In this document: piece after piece, positions 1 to 11,826 of the stretch
Layout of the letters: each line of letters opens with the position of its first letter
How positions within the stretch are numbered: position 1 is the stretch's first letter
NCBI RefSeq assembly: GCF_000143415.4
Contig: NW_003314404.1
Location: 1-64,000 of the forward strand
Length of the DNA stretch: 64,000 nucleotides
Direction of reading: 5' to 3'
DNA from: Selaginella moellendorffii
Lineage: Eukaryota; Plantae; Lycopodiophyta
The notes under the pieces: generated by a model
Told to the model about the DNA's origin: nothing
The model's input: only the letters and a program-made list of their open reading frames with translations
Databases searched by the model: none
Program-made: the position numbers and the translations under genes

Positions 1-1539
1 TTTTGGGTTTAAATGTTTAGGGTTTTTTGGGTTTTTTCAAATATTTTGGGTCCAACGTTTTTTGGGTTTCTTTGGTTCAAAATTGCATGAGCCCACACGC
101 TATAATATTGATTTGAGAGAAAAATAGAAACAGATAGAATTTCTTTATTTAGCTGAACATCTGCCATTTTTGGAAATACAAGATGCTTTGGAATATCCAA
201 TCATGCATGGTATAAATATAGCGAGGGTATTAAATGATATCCCAATCATGATCTTTCTTTTGGATTTCGCGTGCATGCAGTCCGAGGAATGATGACGTTG
301 CGGATTTCTTTTGGATTTTGCGTGCTTGCATGCGCGCGGCAATCCAGAAATTAATGGTGGCGCCCAAGTCCGAGGAATGATGACGTGGCGGGATTACCAA
401 CCGTTGTGACATTTCGCGCGTGTGAGGTTAGGTTTTGCATTTTGCTTTGTACTCGCGCTCGCGCTCGCATCACACTCGCGCTCCCGCTCGCATCGCGCTC
501 CCACTCGCGATCACGCTCACTTCTCTACAGGTTTCTCGTGTGCATCGGCGTCCACTCGCGCTTGCATCACACTCGCGCTCGCATCGCGCTCGTGTGCATC
601 GGCGTCCACTTCAAGACACACCCAGTTTGTAACTTCGCCGCCAACTCCGCCGCCCACTCCGCCACCCACACACAGCCCACGTGGCGTCCCGGGAGATTTC
701 AGCGCCACTCTCCAACTGTAAGTGGCAGAGTAGCCTTGCTGCTACGATCCGCTGCACACACAGTGCACATTCGCCAGCGAGTCCGGCCTCGATTGTCACG
801 GCCTCCATTCGGCTTCAAATGGTAAGTCTTTTAGACGAAGTAGAAAATGGCATGAGGCCACATGCCATTCAGTAGCAACATTGGCATGCACCGATTGGGC
901 TCTCAAGTGCAGTCCGGTTACAGATGGCGTGTAGCCTCACGCCATCTTAGGATGCAGCCTCAAGACATCTGATGCAGTGGTGAATGGCGTGTGGCCTCAC
1001 GTTATTTCCAGCTGCTAGCTTTTCATCTGTCAGCTCTAATTGTTGTGCATTTCTGAACATGCGAGGAATTGCGTTCTTCTTCCAGCCACTGTCAATGTGG
1101 ATGCAGAGAAGGGGGAGGAGCTCACCAGTTGGACTTTCGGGATGGAAGGCGAGGATCTGATGCTGTACAACACAGATGGTGGGAGAAAAGAATGCATGGG
1201 GATCCTCATCCAAGTGACAGACACTCCATGCAGTTCCATGCAAGAATATGGACTGGCACTTGTGGTAGAGACAGCGTCCGCCTTCAAGATCCACCTTGCA
1301 CATCCTAGCGGCTTCCCGGAGGGCAGCGGCTATGAGGAATTCCTAGAGTGAGCTAGGGAGAGGTTGTCCAGGAGGCCCACAATTTCAAAGACGCTGCGGG
1401 TCTATGAAGATCACATGGAATCCACGGACCTCACCTACGGCGATGTTCAAAAACTATATTCCAACATTGAGCCGTTGAGAGTGCCTCCAATTTGCCGAAG
1501 CGAAGGGGAAGGGGGTCGATCTGGAAACTACCCCGAAGC

Positions 1540-2166
1540 NNNNNNNNNNNNNNNNNNNNNNNNNNNNNNNNNNNNNNNNNNNNNNNNNNNNNNNNNNNNN
1601 NNNNNNNNNNNNNNNNNNNNNNNNNNNNNNNNNNNNNNNNNNNNNNNNNNNNNNNNNNNNNNNNNNNNNNNNNNNNNNNNNNNNNNNNNNNNNNNNNNNN
1701 NNNNNNNNNNNNNNNNNNNNNNNNNNNNNNNNNNNNNNNNNNNNNNNNNNNNNNNNNNNNNNNNNNNNNNNNNNNNNNNNNNNNNNNNNNNNNNNNNNNN
1801 NNNNNNNNNNNNNNNNNNNNNNNNNNNNNNNNNNNNNNNNNNNNNNNNNNNNNNNNNNNNNNNNNNNNNNNNNNNNNNNNNNNNNNNNNNNNNNNNNNNN
1901 NNNNNNNNNNNNNNNNNNNNNNNNNNNNNNNNNNNNNNNNNNNNNNNNNNNNNNNNNNNNNNNNNNNNNNNNNNNNNNNNNNNNNNNNNNNNNNNNNNNN
2001 NNNNNNNNNNNNNNNNNNNNNNNNNNNNNNNNNNNNNNNNNNNNNNNNNNNNNNNNNNNNNNNNNNNNNNNNNNNNNNNNNNNNNNNNNNNNNNNNNNNN
2101 NNNNNNNNNNNNNNNNNNNNNNNNNNNNNNNNNNNNNNNNNNNNNNNNNNNNNNNNNNNNNNNNNN
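1540..2166. other. Assembly gap (N run)
   Basis: Run of Ns. Confidence 1.
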
Positions 2167-5100
2167 TCCATAACATTCTACTCGCGACAAAAGTTGTTTT
2201 TGACAAATGGGTAGATGTGCTAAGGAGGTACCATGACGGGGAGTTGCTAAACTCAATGGGTGTGGAGGACGGCCGGAAGCCCAATGATTTGAAGCTCAAC
2301 GCCTTGCGTTTCTCGCGGTCTCTAGACGACGACGACCTTCTGACAGTGGCTAATGCTCTTCTACTTGGTGAGGTAGTCTTCAACAAGACCAAAATGACTC
2401 CCGGCCATATTGTGACATACGAGGACTTGTGCACGACTCTGAGAGCTCGTGCGCTATTGAAGGATTGGATCTTCGAGCAAGTGGCCGTGGCGAGGGTGAG
2501 CATCGACACCACGCAAGAGATGATGGAAGAGCTGGACTTGTCAAATGAAGACATTGACGAGTACGTGAAGGGGGCCCCCAAGTTCATCGATCTGCTGCGG
2601 GATGCCACGAAAAGTAAAGCTGAGAAGTTGGATCAGTATCCAAATTTCATTAAGAGGGATGTCGACCGCCGGCTTCAGAAACAGCTCGACCCCGCAGCAA
2701 AGGCCTATCGAGAACCTTACCGGGTATACGTGAATTCGGATGAGGATCAAAGGTGGAGGAGCATCGTTTCCCGCGGAGATGAGCAGGTCAAGAACATCTT
2801 TTGTGTGATGGACTTCACAAACGAGGAGATCACTCATGCAGACGAAGTCAGCTCCATCATTGACTTAATGGTGGGACTTGCGGAGGTGGAATCTTCAGTC
2901 CACTATATGATCTACGACTCCGAATCCTATCACAAGTTCTGGAAGGCCTTGAACGAGGTGAAGGCTCGGTTGAAAGGCAAGGAGATGCGGGAGATCCATG
3001 GGATAATGGCTAAGAAGAAGATACCGACGAATGTCCGCATCTTCACAGTCGCCCTTGTTATTGGTCCTGCAGCAGAGTGGGACTGGAGTGACTTCCCAGC
3101 TTCGTTCAACAAAGCCGATCGAATTGATCTGAGGGAGGTCAATTTACCCGTGCCTGAGGAACTGAAGACGGCTATGGAGCTTTCGAATCCAAAGAAAGCT
3201 CCAGGTGCAGCATGGGAAATGCTCAGCTGGGTCTTCAACGCAATAGCGGGTGACTCCAAGGGCAAATGCGTTGTCGAGTACAACTGCGGCGGACTATTCT
3301 TTCGAGCCGCACTACTCAAGGGTGTCCCGTGTGTTGCGGTGACAAACTCCATTGAAGAGGTGACTTCAATGGAGCATATAATTACAGTTGCCAAAGAAAA
3401 ACAGTATCTTCTCTACGAACCTGGTGAGTACGCACTTTAAGTTTAAATGTTATCTCACAAGCTCTGTATGCAGGAGCGTGGCCACCCCCAGATGCTGAAA
3501 CGGCGTTAACAGCTACTGATGTTAGGCCGAGGTCACAACCTGCACAAGGTAAGGTCATGTGAGGCCTCACGCCATTTTGATTATAGATCGTTGTGAATAT
3601 TCAGACACGAGGACTGAAAAGCGCACTGGTGGCGCGTCGAAGAAGGACAAACAGACAAGCAATAGGAAAAAAGGAGGTACAAATTATATTTGCAATGGCG
3701 TGTGGTCTCATGCCATTCCTTGCAGGAGACACTTCTTCAAAGGCAAAACAGGCAAGCACCAGCCAAGCTCAAACTGACAGTGGTCATAAAAAGCGAAAGC
3801 ACGTTGGACAGTCGTCGGGATCAGAGGCGTTTGATTCGAAAAGGAAGAAGGGCAACGAAAAGATGATAGGTAATGCCTCGCGGTTATGGCATGTGTGCTC
3901 ATGCCATTCATTGCAGATCAAGGGCTGAGTGAAAGGAGCCAGTCACCACCTTCTGACTCAGATTCCTATGGCGGACTCCCCTTCCCCAATCTCAATGGAG
4001 AGGTACAATGGATGAGGGATGCTTTTCAAGTCAGGGCCACGTTTTTCTCATCTTGTCGTCTTCGAAGGGTGCAAGAACGTGCAGAAACCATGTTAAGACA
4101 GTCGGGTGAGGATACGGTCCTAGGTCACGCACTAAAACAGGCTATGGATGTCTTGTATTTTGAGATGGAGACTCGGCCAGATGATTTTTCCAAGATGGTC
4201 TTGGAAAAACAAGCAATCCAGCCTGAGTAGCCTATGGAAGAAATGCAAGAGGGGGATGAGGAGCCAGAGAAAGATAATGAGCAGGAAGAGCAGAAGGACG
4301 AAGAGGAGGATGAAGAAGAGGAGGACGAAGAGGACTTGGATGGTCCTCACAATGGTGACGATCACAATAACGACGATGACGATGATGACGATGATGGCCA
4401 GCCTGAGGTGGCCAAAGAGCAGCGGAGGAAGGTCATACAAGACAAACCATCAGGTAAATAATAGTACATCCATTCCTAACCTTTTACCATTTCTAACATT
4501 GTCCATGTAGGTCGCAGAAGAAATGGTAAGTAGAGATTATTCAGTTGAATTAAGATACAAACTCTAGCCTTTAGTGTCGAGGAAGGATAGTGCCAAGCAA
4601 GGGTCGAAACGTATGTCCAATCCTTCAGAATCAGTAGTGCGCCCAAGTGATATCGGTCCTAGTTCCTCAATAGCAGTTGATGGTAAATACAGTATAGTCG
4701 ATTCAATGTGCTAATGAGTTTGTTTTTAGTAGCACGGGAGGATACCATCTCAATCAAAGGGAGATATTTGGACATGCATATGGATCCGCTAGTGGACTCT
4801 ACTTGCCTGCAAGAGTCATTAGAGCTGGTGGAGGCTACTATCCATATCAACGCCAAGCAAGCTGACCACGCTCCACTTGATGCTGCCCATACCACTGAGT
4901 CAATCTTGTCCACGTATCCAACTGACGGTGACCAGGCGCCATTGGACCCGCATGAGGCCGCCCCAGCCGCCGAGCCGGTCGTATCCTCATTTCCAACGTG
5001 TGCCCAATCGTCTGACTACGCGCCGTTGGAACCTCCCTACACCACCCCTGCTGCCTGTTCGGTCATGTCCACTTTGCCAACGGAGGCACCAGCTGAAATG

Positions 5101-5352
5101 GCGTGTGATCACACGCCATCGGAACCACCCCATGCCACTGTTGAGCCAGTTGTACCAGAGTCTACAGCTGAAATGGCATGTGCCCACACGCCATCAGATG
5201 CGATTGACCCCACATTGCAGAGGAGAGTATTTCCGCCCTTCACGTTTCCTCGACCAAAACCCTCTGAACGACCATCGGGAGCACCATTCGCTAATATTGT
5301 AGATGGTAAAATTGACTTGTACCATTTTTTATGCTGACGCATTTCATTTCAG

Positions 5353-6215
5353 AGTCACGGCGAAAGTACTGTATCGTTTTTGATCTGAACGGTGTCCTTT
5401 TCTCCCATGAGCGTGGCTCGTCCTCGAATGTCACTGCACCCTCCAAAGCCTGCGGTCGCAAGTTGGTCAAAAGAGACAAATTCACATTAATCACACGGGA
5501 GAAACTGCGGGATCTAATAATGACCATGCGACACTTAAAACAGAGGGCCGGGTTCAATTTGCAATTGGGAGTTTGGACATCCATGATGCGCCACAATGCA
5601 TTAACGTTGCTACAGATGATGCACGATCAGACGCGAGTAATATTACCATTTGACTTTCTCCTAACGCAGGAGGATTGCTTGACTATGGTCCATGTGAGGG
5701 GTAGCAAGCCCATCTTCGTCAAGGCAGAGGCTGTAGTGATGAACCGGACTGCTAGGTCAAGTGAAATCCTCATCATCGATGACTCGCCAATTAAAACTGC
5801 AGCGAACACGCACACATATGCAGTGCACCCCATCTCTTGCAGTATGGAAACTAGGGAGAAGAAACCGTATGTTCTGGGGGACCTTGCAAAACGGCTTGAA
5901 GCGATGGTGATAGAGAACTGGCCAGTCCAGGAGGTGGCTGCAGAAATCAACCAAATGGCAGATGGAACGGTATATCAGAAGCCATTTGATCGGACAGACA
6001 CCAGTCATCATTTATGGCATGTATATTGTCTAGCCAAGCACTATCCGCATCTCCATAATCTGCTCAACCGGATGGGTTCTTCGACCACTGAACATGAGCA
6101 TGGACGTATTAGAGAAGAGATGGCATTACTATTGGGTTTAAATCCTGATAGTGTGGAGAGTGATGAAATTCCAAGATTATTGTATAGGCGTTGGAGGCAA
6201 AAAATAACAGTCTGA
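5353..6215 (+). CDS. Terminal exon encoding a HAD-superfamily FCP1/NIF-like domain
   Basis: Motif I-like CIVFDLNGVL, motif II-like GVWTSM, conserved K in IFVK, motif IV-like ILIIDDSPIK. Confidence 0.7.
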
Positions 6216-6849
6216 GATGGCATGTATTTATTTAAAAATGTAACTTATTATGGCATGGGGTTCCATGCCATTGTATTAATATTAAAAGACAATTCTTTGA
6301 GAGGATTTGCATTATACTAGAAGTGTTACAGCATGTTATTGGAAGTCTACGAAGTTGTTTTATTAATAAGGGGAAAGTAAAGATTGAATGGGGACTTGGG
6401 CTCCACCTAGACTCGGAGCAACTGAGCCAATATTAAAAGGATGGAAAGAAATTGGATGACGATGACAAGGAGAAGAGAGAGGTGAAGCAGTGGCAGGGGG
6501 AGGAGAAGTGATTGAGTAGACATTTCCTTGTTTAAAATAAAATGGCATGTGCCTCAATGCAATTGAATTTTGTTATATTTATATACTATATAAAGGTTTG
6601 GAAACTTTATTTTACAAGTGGGATAATGACAATTCCCACTTTAATGAAATAGAGCTTTCTTCTAACTTACTATAAACCATTTATTAGAGCCCATTGGAGT
6701 TTGGTCGTCATTTCTCTCAGGGCCGACCAAACATCAATCTTTCACCTAGATTCCATGCATCGCATTGGACACGACAGTAACGAAGTCTTCAATATTGTTA
6801 GGGAGTACCTGGAAAGTGAGTGGAGACTTCCAGGAAATCTATCAAGTAG

Positions 6850-7440
6850 ACGGCATCGCCTAGGATGCCTGGCGTGACTCCCCACGCCGGTGCACTAATA
6901 TATACTTAAAGCACGCTATAAATCACAACTTAGGAACCTAATTCCTCTGCACTGCCAAGTCCTCTCACTTGACAAATCTGTGATCATACATGGACTCCTC
7001 CATGCTCGGCCCCATGGGCCACCCCTTTTGAAGTTAGCACCTTCGACTAGGGGATTTGTTTCCCTGACTTGCCATTCTCACTTAGCAAGTCATCCGGCCA
7101 CAGTAACATGGTTCATGCATAAGCGTGAAAGTCCTTAACCATCGACTTTTGTTCAAAATCCTCTCTTTGAACACTCGGTAACTACTTCCCCAACTTTGAT
7201 AGCCTCACCTCATGGCCAACTTCAAGACCACACTTCTGCTGTGCCACTCTGATTTCGCGCGCTCTAGGAACCATTTACACTTGGCTTTCTAGGTACTTAT
7301 CTACTTAGAATTGTTTTTGGGAACCTTCAAGGAACTCTGTTCCTTAGCTTGCTAAGGCTTCTCCTTTGCAAGCTCCCTACTCACCATATGGTCTAATATG
7401 GATAATTCCACATTTTAGACTTTCCATAGCATTGCAGTCG
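6850..7440 (-). mobile_element. Degraded Ty3/gypsy 3' internal segment (direct repeat of about 11260-11826)
   Basis: About 580 bp align by eye with 11260-11826. It includes the GGAG-loop hairpin shared with the 3' region of the young element. Confidence 0.7.
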
Positions 7441-8409
7441 TTAATAATAACCCGCTTGAACACCCACTTGATTCTCCACTTCCAACTCACATAACCATCT
7501 TTGGTTATGCCCTTTGATTCCTATGGTTTAGTTCCATCCCTTTACTACTTTGCTTTTTGGCCTCATATGTTTCTTTCAATTATTCTCCTCCGGACTAAGA
7601 GGATAGTTTTGCACTTTCTACTATGCCTTAGCAAGTATTCATAGGGATAAACCTACCCGATAGCCTCGGGAGTGGTTCCTCAATCCGGGTATGTTCACCT
7701 TATAATCCTATACACTGGGATTAATGTTGCTACTCATGGGCCTTTATATACTCATTATTAGCCTTGCCAAAATCCCTTTTTGGCTTTGTCCAATTCGGGT
7801 AAAGAGGCTTCCCCCGTCTTTGCAACTTTGGACGTTTGGATAGCACCTTCTATCTATCATTTGTTAGGGACTTTGTCCCTTAGGCCTTATCTATTGCCTT
7901 CGCAACACTAAACACCACTTTTTAGAGTTCTAAAGTGTCTGGGTGTCCCAATGATGGCCTCCTTGGCAATGAGCATTTCCTTTTATAACATTAACTTACT
8001 ATATCGCAACATAAGCAACTTATCCCCAATAAGGGTATATTTAACTTCTTTATGCCATTAAAAAGTCTTGGATAGTTACCTTCTACCTGTTTAACCAATT
8101 ACTTGCACCTCTTGCTTAGTTGTCTCATAATTGTTAAGTCATATAACTCATTGCAGGTGCTTCCACACCTCTATCATTATCCGGGTCACCACACTCTACC
8201 ACATGCCTTCCAACTTAGGCTATGCCATTCCTATTTCCATTAGGATTCCCTTAGCAAGGGGTTCTCATGAACCCATCAACGTAATCTCAAGGTATCACAC
8301 GTTGGCCTATTTGATGTCTCCACACCATCGGCTCCATGAGTCTGCTGATGTTCTTCACACCAAGGTGTTCTGATAAGCTACATTAAACAATCTAACCATG
8401 CATGACTAG

Positions 8410-11400
8410 TTCATCTGTCCATGAGTGATCATCCCAGATCCACTCTTTAGCATCTTTAGGATGCCCACAGACATGAGGAATAGCCTTCCCCAATATCTCT
8501 TTTCCAGTCCCCACCAAGTCCCTTTCTGCCCATGGCCGTGTTCGCCAACACTGCCACTGGATCGAGGCCCATAGGCTCAACCACTAAGTCCCACGGTCCT
8601 CTGGGATGTTTTCACCACCCGACTGTATCCTTGGTCACTACACCAAAGGATCATTTTTCTTCTTTTCCACAATCTTGGCCTTTGGGACAACATTTCGAAA
8701 CACCATGGCCTTACACAAGCCTCATAGGTACTTTCCCCGCCTTTCGCCTTTGGGTGCTCTAGCCATAGGCTTAAAGCGAGGTTCCATTGAGCCATGCTAA
8801 GTATCCAAATAGGTAGTGCCACCCACACTTGGACTATGAGTATTAGCTAGTCAATCTCTCAGGGGGACTAGAGCCGACTCTTGAACACTTCACCAAGTTA
8901 CCCCACTTGTCGGTCCGTGTTCACTTTAGTCTTGGACTTCCCAGTGGGCAGCTCATCACCCAACACTGGGTACAGCCTTCCTGGGCCAAACTGGCCTTTC
9001 CTAGCCAAACTGGCTCCACTACAGTCCTCCCCATTACTATACTTTTGGAGCTCACCAAACCCCCTAGGGTCTGGGAGACAAACGCTTTAGGCTTTCACCC
9101 CCTCAGACTCGAACTCGGACTCGGACTCAGACTCGGGCTTCGGCTCGGTCTCGGCCTCGGCCTTGGTCTCAGTCTCGGTCCCGGTTTCGGTCTCGGTTTC
9201 GGTCCCGGTCTCGGTCTCGATCTCGACTTCGGACTCCATCTCGGGTCCATCTCGGGTCCATCTCGGACTCCATCTCGGACTCCATCTCGGGTCCATCTTG
9301 GGTCCATCTCAGACTCCATCTCGGACTCTATCTCGGGTCCATCTCGGGTCCATCTCGGACTCCATCTCGGGTCCATCTTAGACTCCATCTCGGACTCCAT
9401 CTCGGGTCCATCTTGGGTCCATCTCAGACTCCACCTCGGACTCCATCTCGGGTCCATCTCGGACTCCACCTTGGACTCCATCTCAGATACTTCCACATGT
9501 CATGTTTTGGTCCTCTTGTGTCCCCTTTTTTAGAGACTCACTTATGGTTCGCTTCGTGTTTGTTCCTCGAGCACTTCGTTGGGAGTTCCACTCCCACTCT
9601 TGACCTTTTCAAGTCAAAGCTTTTAGTCCAAACATGTTACACTCGTTTGGCTTTCGCTTCAGCCACTACCCGTGGTGCCATTTCGGTTCTACTTTGGGGC
9701 CTAGGGATTTTGTGTCTCACAACTCCACCACCCATAGACAAAGTTTGATGTCCTCATCGAACAATAAACCATTTTATAAAATAATACCAATATGTATTAC
9801 CCTTTCCATCTTTGGCATCTTGCCAATATTCGTCAATGGTTTGATACCAAAGGCTCACCACACCTTGCCCATCCTCCAAAGAGCATAATCTCCCCAACTT
9901 AGAGACTGTTTGGACCACTTGTGGTGGCCCTCTCCTTTTATTGGTTTAGTTCTCGCTAAACCTGTTAGAGACACCATCTCTATCTCAACCCCACGACTCC
10001 TTCTCGAGTAGTCTTAGTTTCCATCGATATATCCTTTGCACTTTGGAACTTTTACTTTTAACTTTGAAATCAATTTCCTAGGTGTCTCCGACACTTTGCA
10101 TTGCATATATTGTGCAACTCCACTTTCCCATCCTAGGAAGTTCTCTACTTGAGGGCACCATCATCCTCTCTTCTTTTTCGTGCCTCTTTAGGCACTAAGT
10201 TCCAGTTATGATAATTTATACCAGGGTTGTCCATGGCCCTATCATTTGGCTACTTTACTGCTCCATCCCTTGGAGCTTTCACTTTCGCCAAATCGGAGCA
10301 ATTAGAAATCCACCCATGGAAACACCTTGCCTTTCCTATAATTCGTTAGCCCTCCAACACATTAACGTTCTTGGTCTAAATTTGCCTTTTGAATTCTTTC
10401 CCATCGTTCCCATGGCTCTTTTCATAGCCATTAGTCTTTTGTTCCTATCCTTTGATAGTTGCACCCAACAACATAGGATTGCTACCTCCATTCTTGAGGT
10501 ATCCTTTCGGTTCTATAAAAAAGACTTTGTTTGCCACATCTAGAGGGTGTTCACCCCTAGTACATTTCTTTAGGATTTTCTACTATGGGCTCTATCCCTG
10601 ACCCAATTTTATGACCCTCCTATGGGTCTCTTATAGAAACTATTTTATTCGGATTCATTATGCCATCGCATAGTCACAAATCATTTCCCTTAGATGTTCT
10701 TCCCACTTGGTCACCTTGACCAAGCCACACCATCATCAATAGTTCAAACCTACACTTTGAACTAGGGACTTTATCCCTTAATCTCACAAGGACTTGATTC
10801 TTGTTTTTAGCCATAAGATCATCTAGTGATCACACCTTGGCACCTTAACAAGTTTGCCAATAGGTATTAGGTCTTCTAGACCTTTAAGTTGTTCACTATG
10901 ACCTCGGGGGCATCCCCCACACTTGGCGGTGCACCCAAGCCAACCCTTCCGGCTAAAGGTCTACAACAACTGAGACTGGGTGTTCCCATCTCATTCACCA
11001 CGTCCTTGGTGCCACTCGCACTAAAGTGTTCAAGTTAGATATGCCGAGCCACACTAAGCAATCTAACCGTGCATCACGATTCCAAGGCATCCCTCGGTTG
11101 GCAGTGTGCCCAAACCAGTCTCCTCACTGAGAGTCCGTGACCACTTAAAAATGAGTGTCCTCATATTCCAAACCATCACCACGCTCTAGTGATTTGGGAC
11201 TCGAACCCAAGCACTAAAGGGTCGGGACTCGAACCCAACCTCCATCTATGCATCTACAGATGGCATCACACAGGATGCCTGGCGTGACTCCCCACGCCGA
11301 TGCACCAACATGTACTTAAAGCACGCTATAAATCACAACTTAGGAACCTAGTTTCTCCGCACTACCAAGTCCTCTCACTTGACAAGTCTATGATCATGCA

Positions 11401-11826
11401 TGGACTCCTCCATGCTCGGCCCTATAGGCTACCCCTTTTGAAGTTAGCACCTTCAACTAGGGGATTTGTCCCTTTGACTTGCCAATCTTACTTAGCAAGT
11501 CATCCGGTCACAGTAACATGGTTCATGCATAAGCGTGAAAGTCTTTAACCATCAACTTTTGTTCAAAGCCCTCTCTTTGAACACTCGGTAACTACTTCCC
11601 CAACCTTGATAGCCTCGCCTCATGGCCAACTTCAAGTCCACGCTTCTGTTGCACCATTCTGATTTCACGCACTCTAGGAACCATTTACACTTGGCTTTCT
11701 AAGTACTTATTTACCTAAAATTGTCTTTGGGAACATTCAAGGAACTCTGTTCCTTAGCTTACTAATGCTTCTCCTTTGCAAGCTCCTTACTCACCATATG
11801 GTCTAACATGGATAATTCCACATTTT
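8410..11826 (-). mobile_element. Older gypsy element remnant: truncated 3' LTR (about 8410-9721), PPT (9722-9737) and 3' internal region
   Basis: The LTR terminus ...GTCTCACA at 9721 is followed by ACTCCACCACCCATAG, the same PPT as in the young array. Hexamer/dodecamer array at about 9105-9490. Confidence 0.75.

Larger units (their letters stand above)
1040..6215 (+). pseudogene. Multi-exon (pseudo)gene: unknown N-terminus, degenerate amino-methyltransferase-like domain, acidic/low-complexity linker, C-terminal FCP1/NIF-like HAD domain
   Basis: The ORF pieces join in frame across GT-AG introns at 3424-3473, 3549-3604, 3677-3725, 3870-3916, 4454-4510, 4526-4574, 4683-4729 and 5306-5352. In-frame stops occur at 1349-1351 and 4228-4230. 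The 5' end is uncertain and there is an N gap at 1540-2166. Confidence 0.65.
846..6564. repeat. Dispersed 22-bp palindrome family ATGGCRTG-N6-CAYGCCAT
   Basis: Copies at 846-869, 922-947, 983-1006, 3557-3576 (partial), 3694-3717, 3886-3907, 5098-5119 (perfect palindrome), 5173-5194, 6250-6271 and 6541-6564 (degenerate). Confidence 0.9.

Noticed and set aside
1-70. TTTAGGG/TTTTGGG words resembling telomere repeat
   Set aside because: Only one true TTTAGGG and no tandem array.
846-1006. Three palindromes with 60-75 bp spacing, suggestive of CRISPR
   Set aside because: The copies are degenerate and irregularly spaced, most are dispersed, the context is eukaryotic, and there are no cas genes.
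1364-2608. Long ORFs spanning Xs
   Set aside because: Artefacts of translating the N gap.
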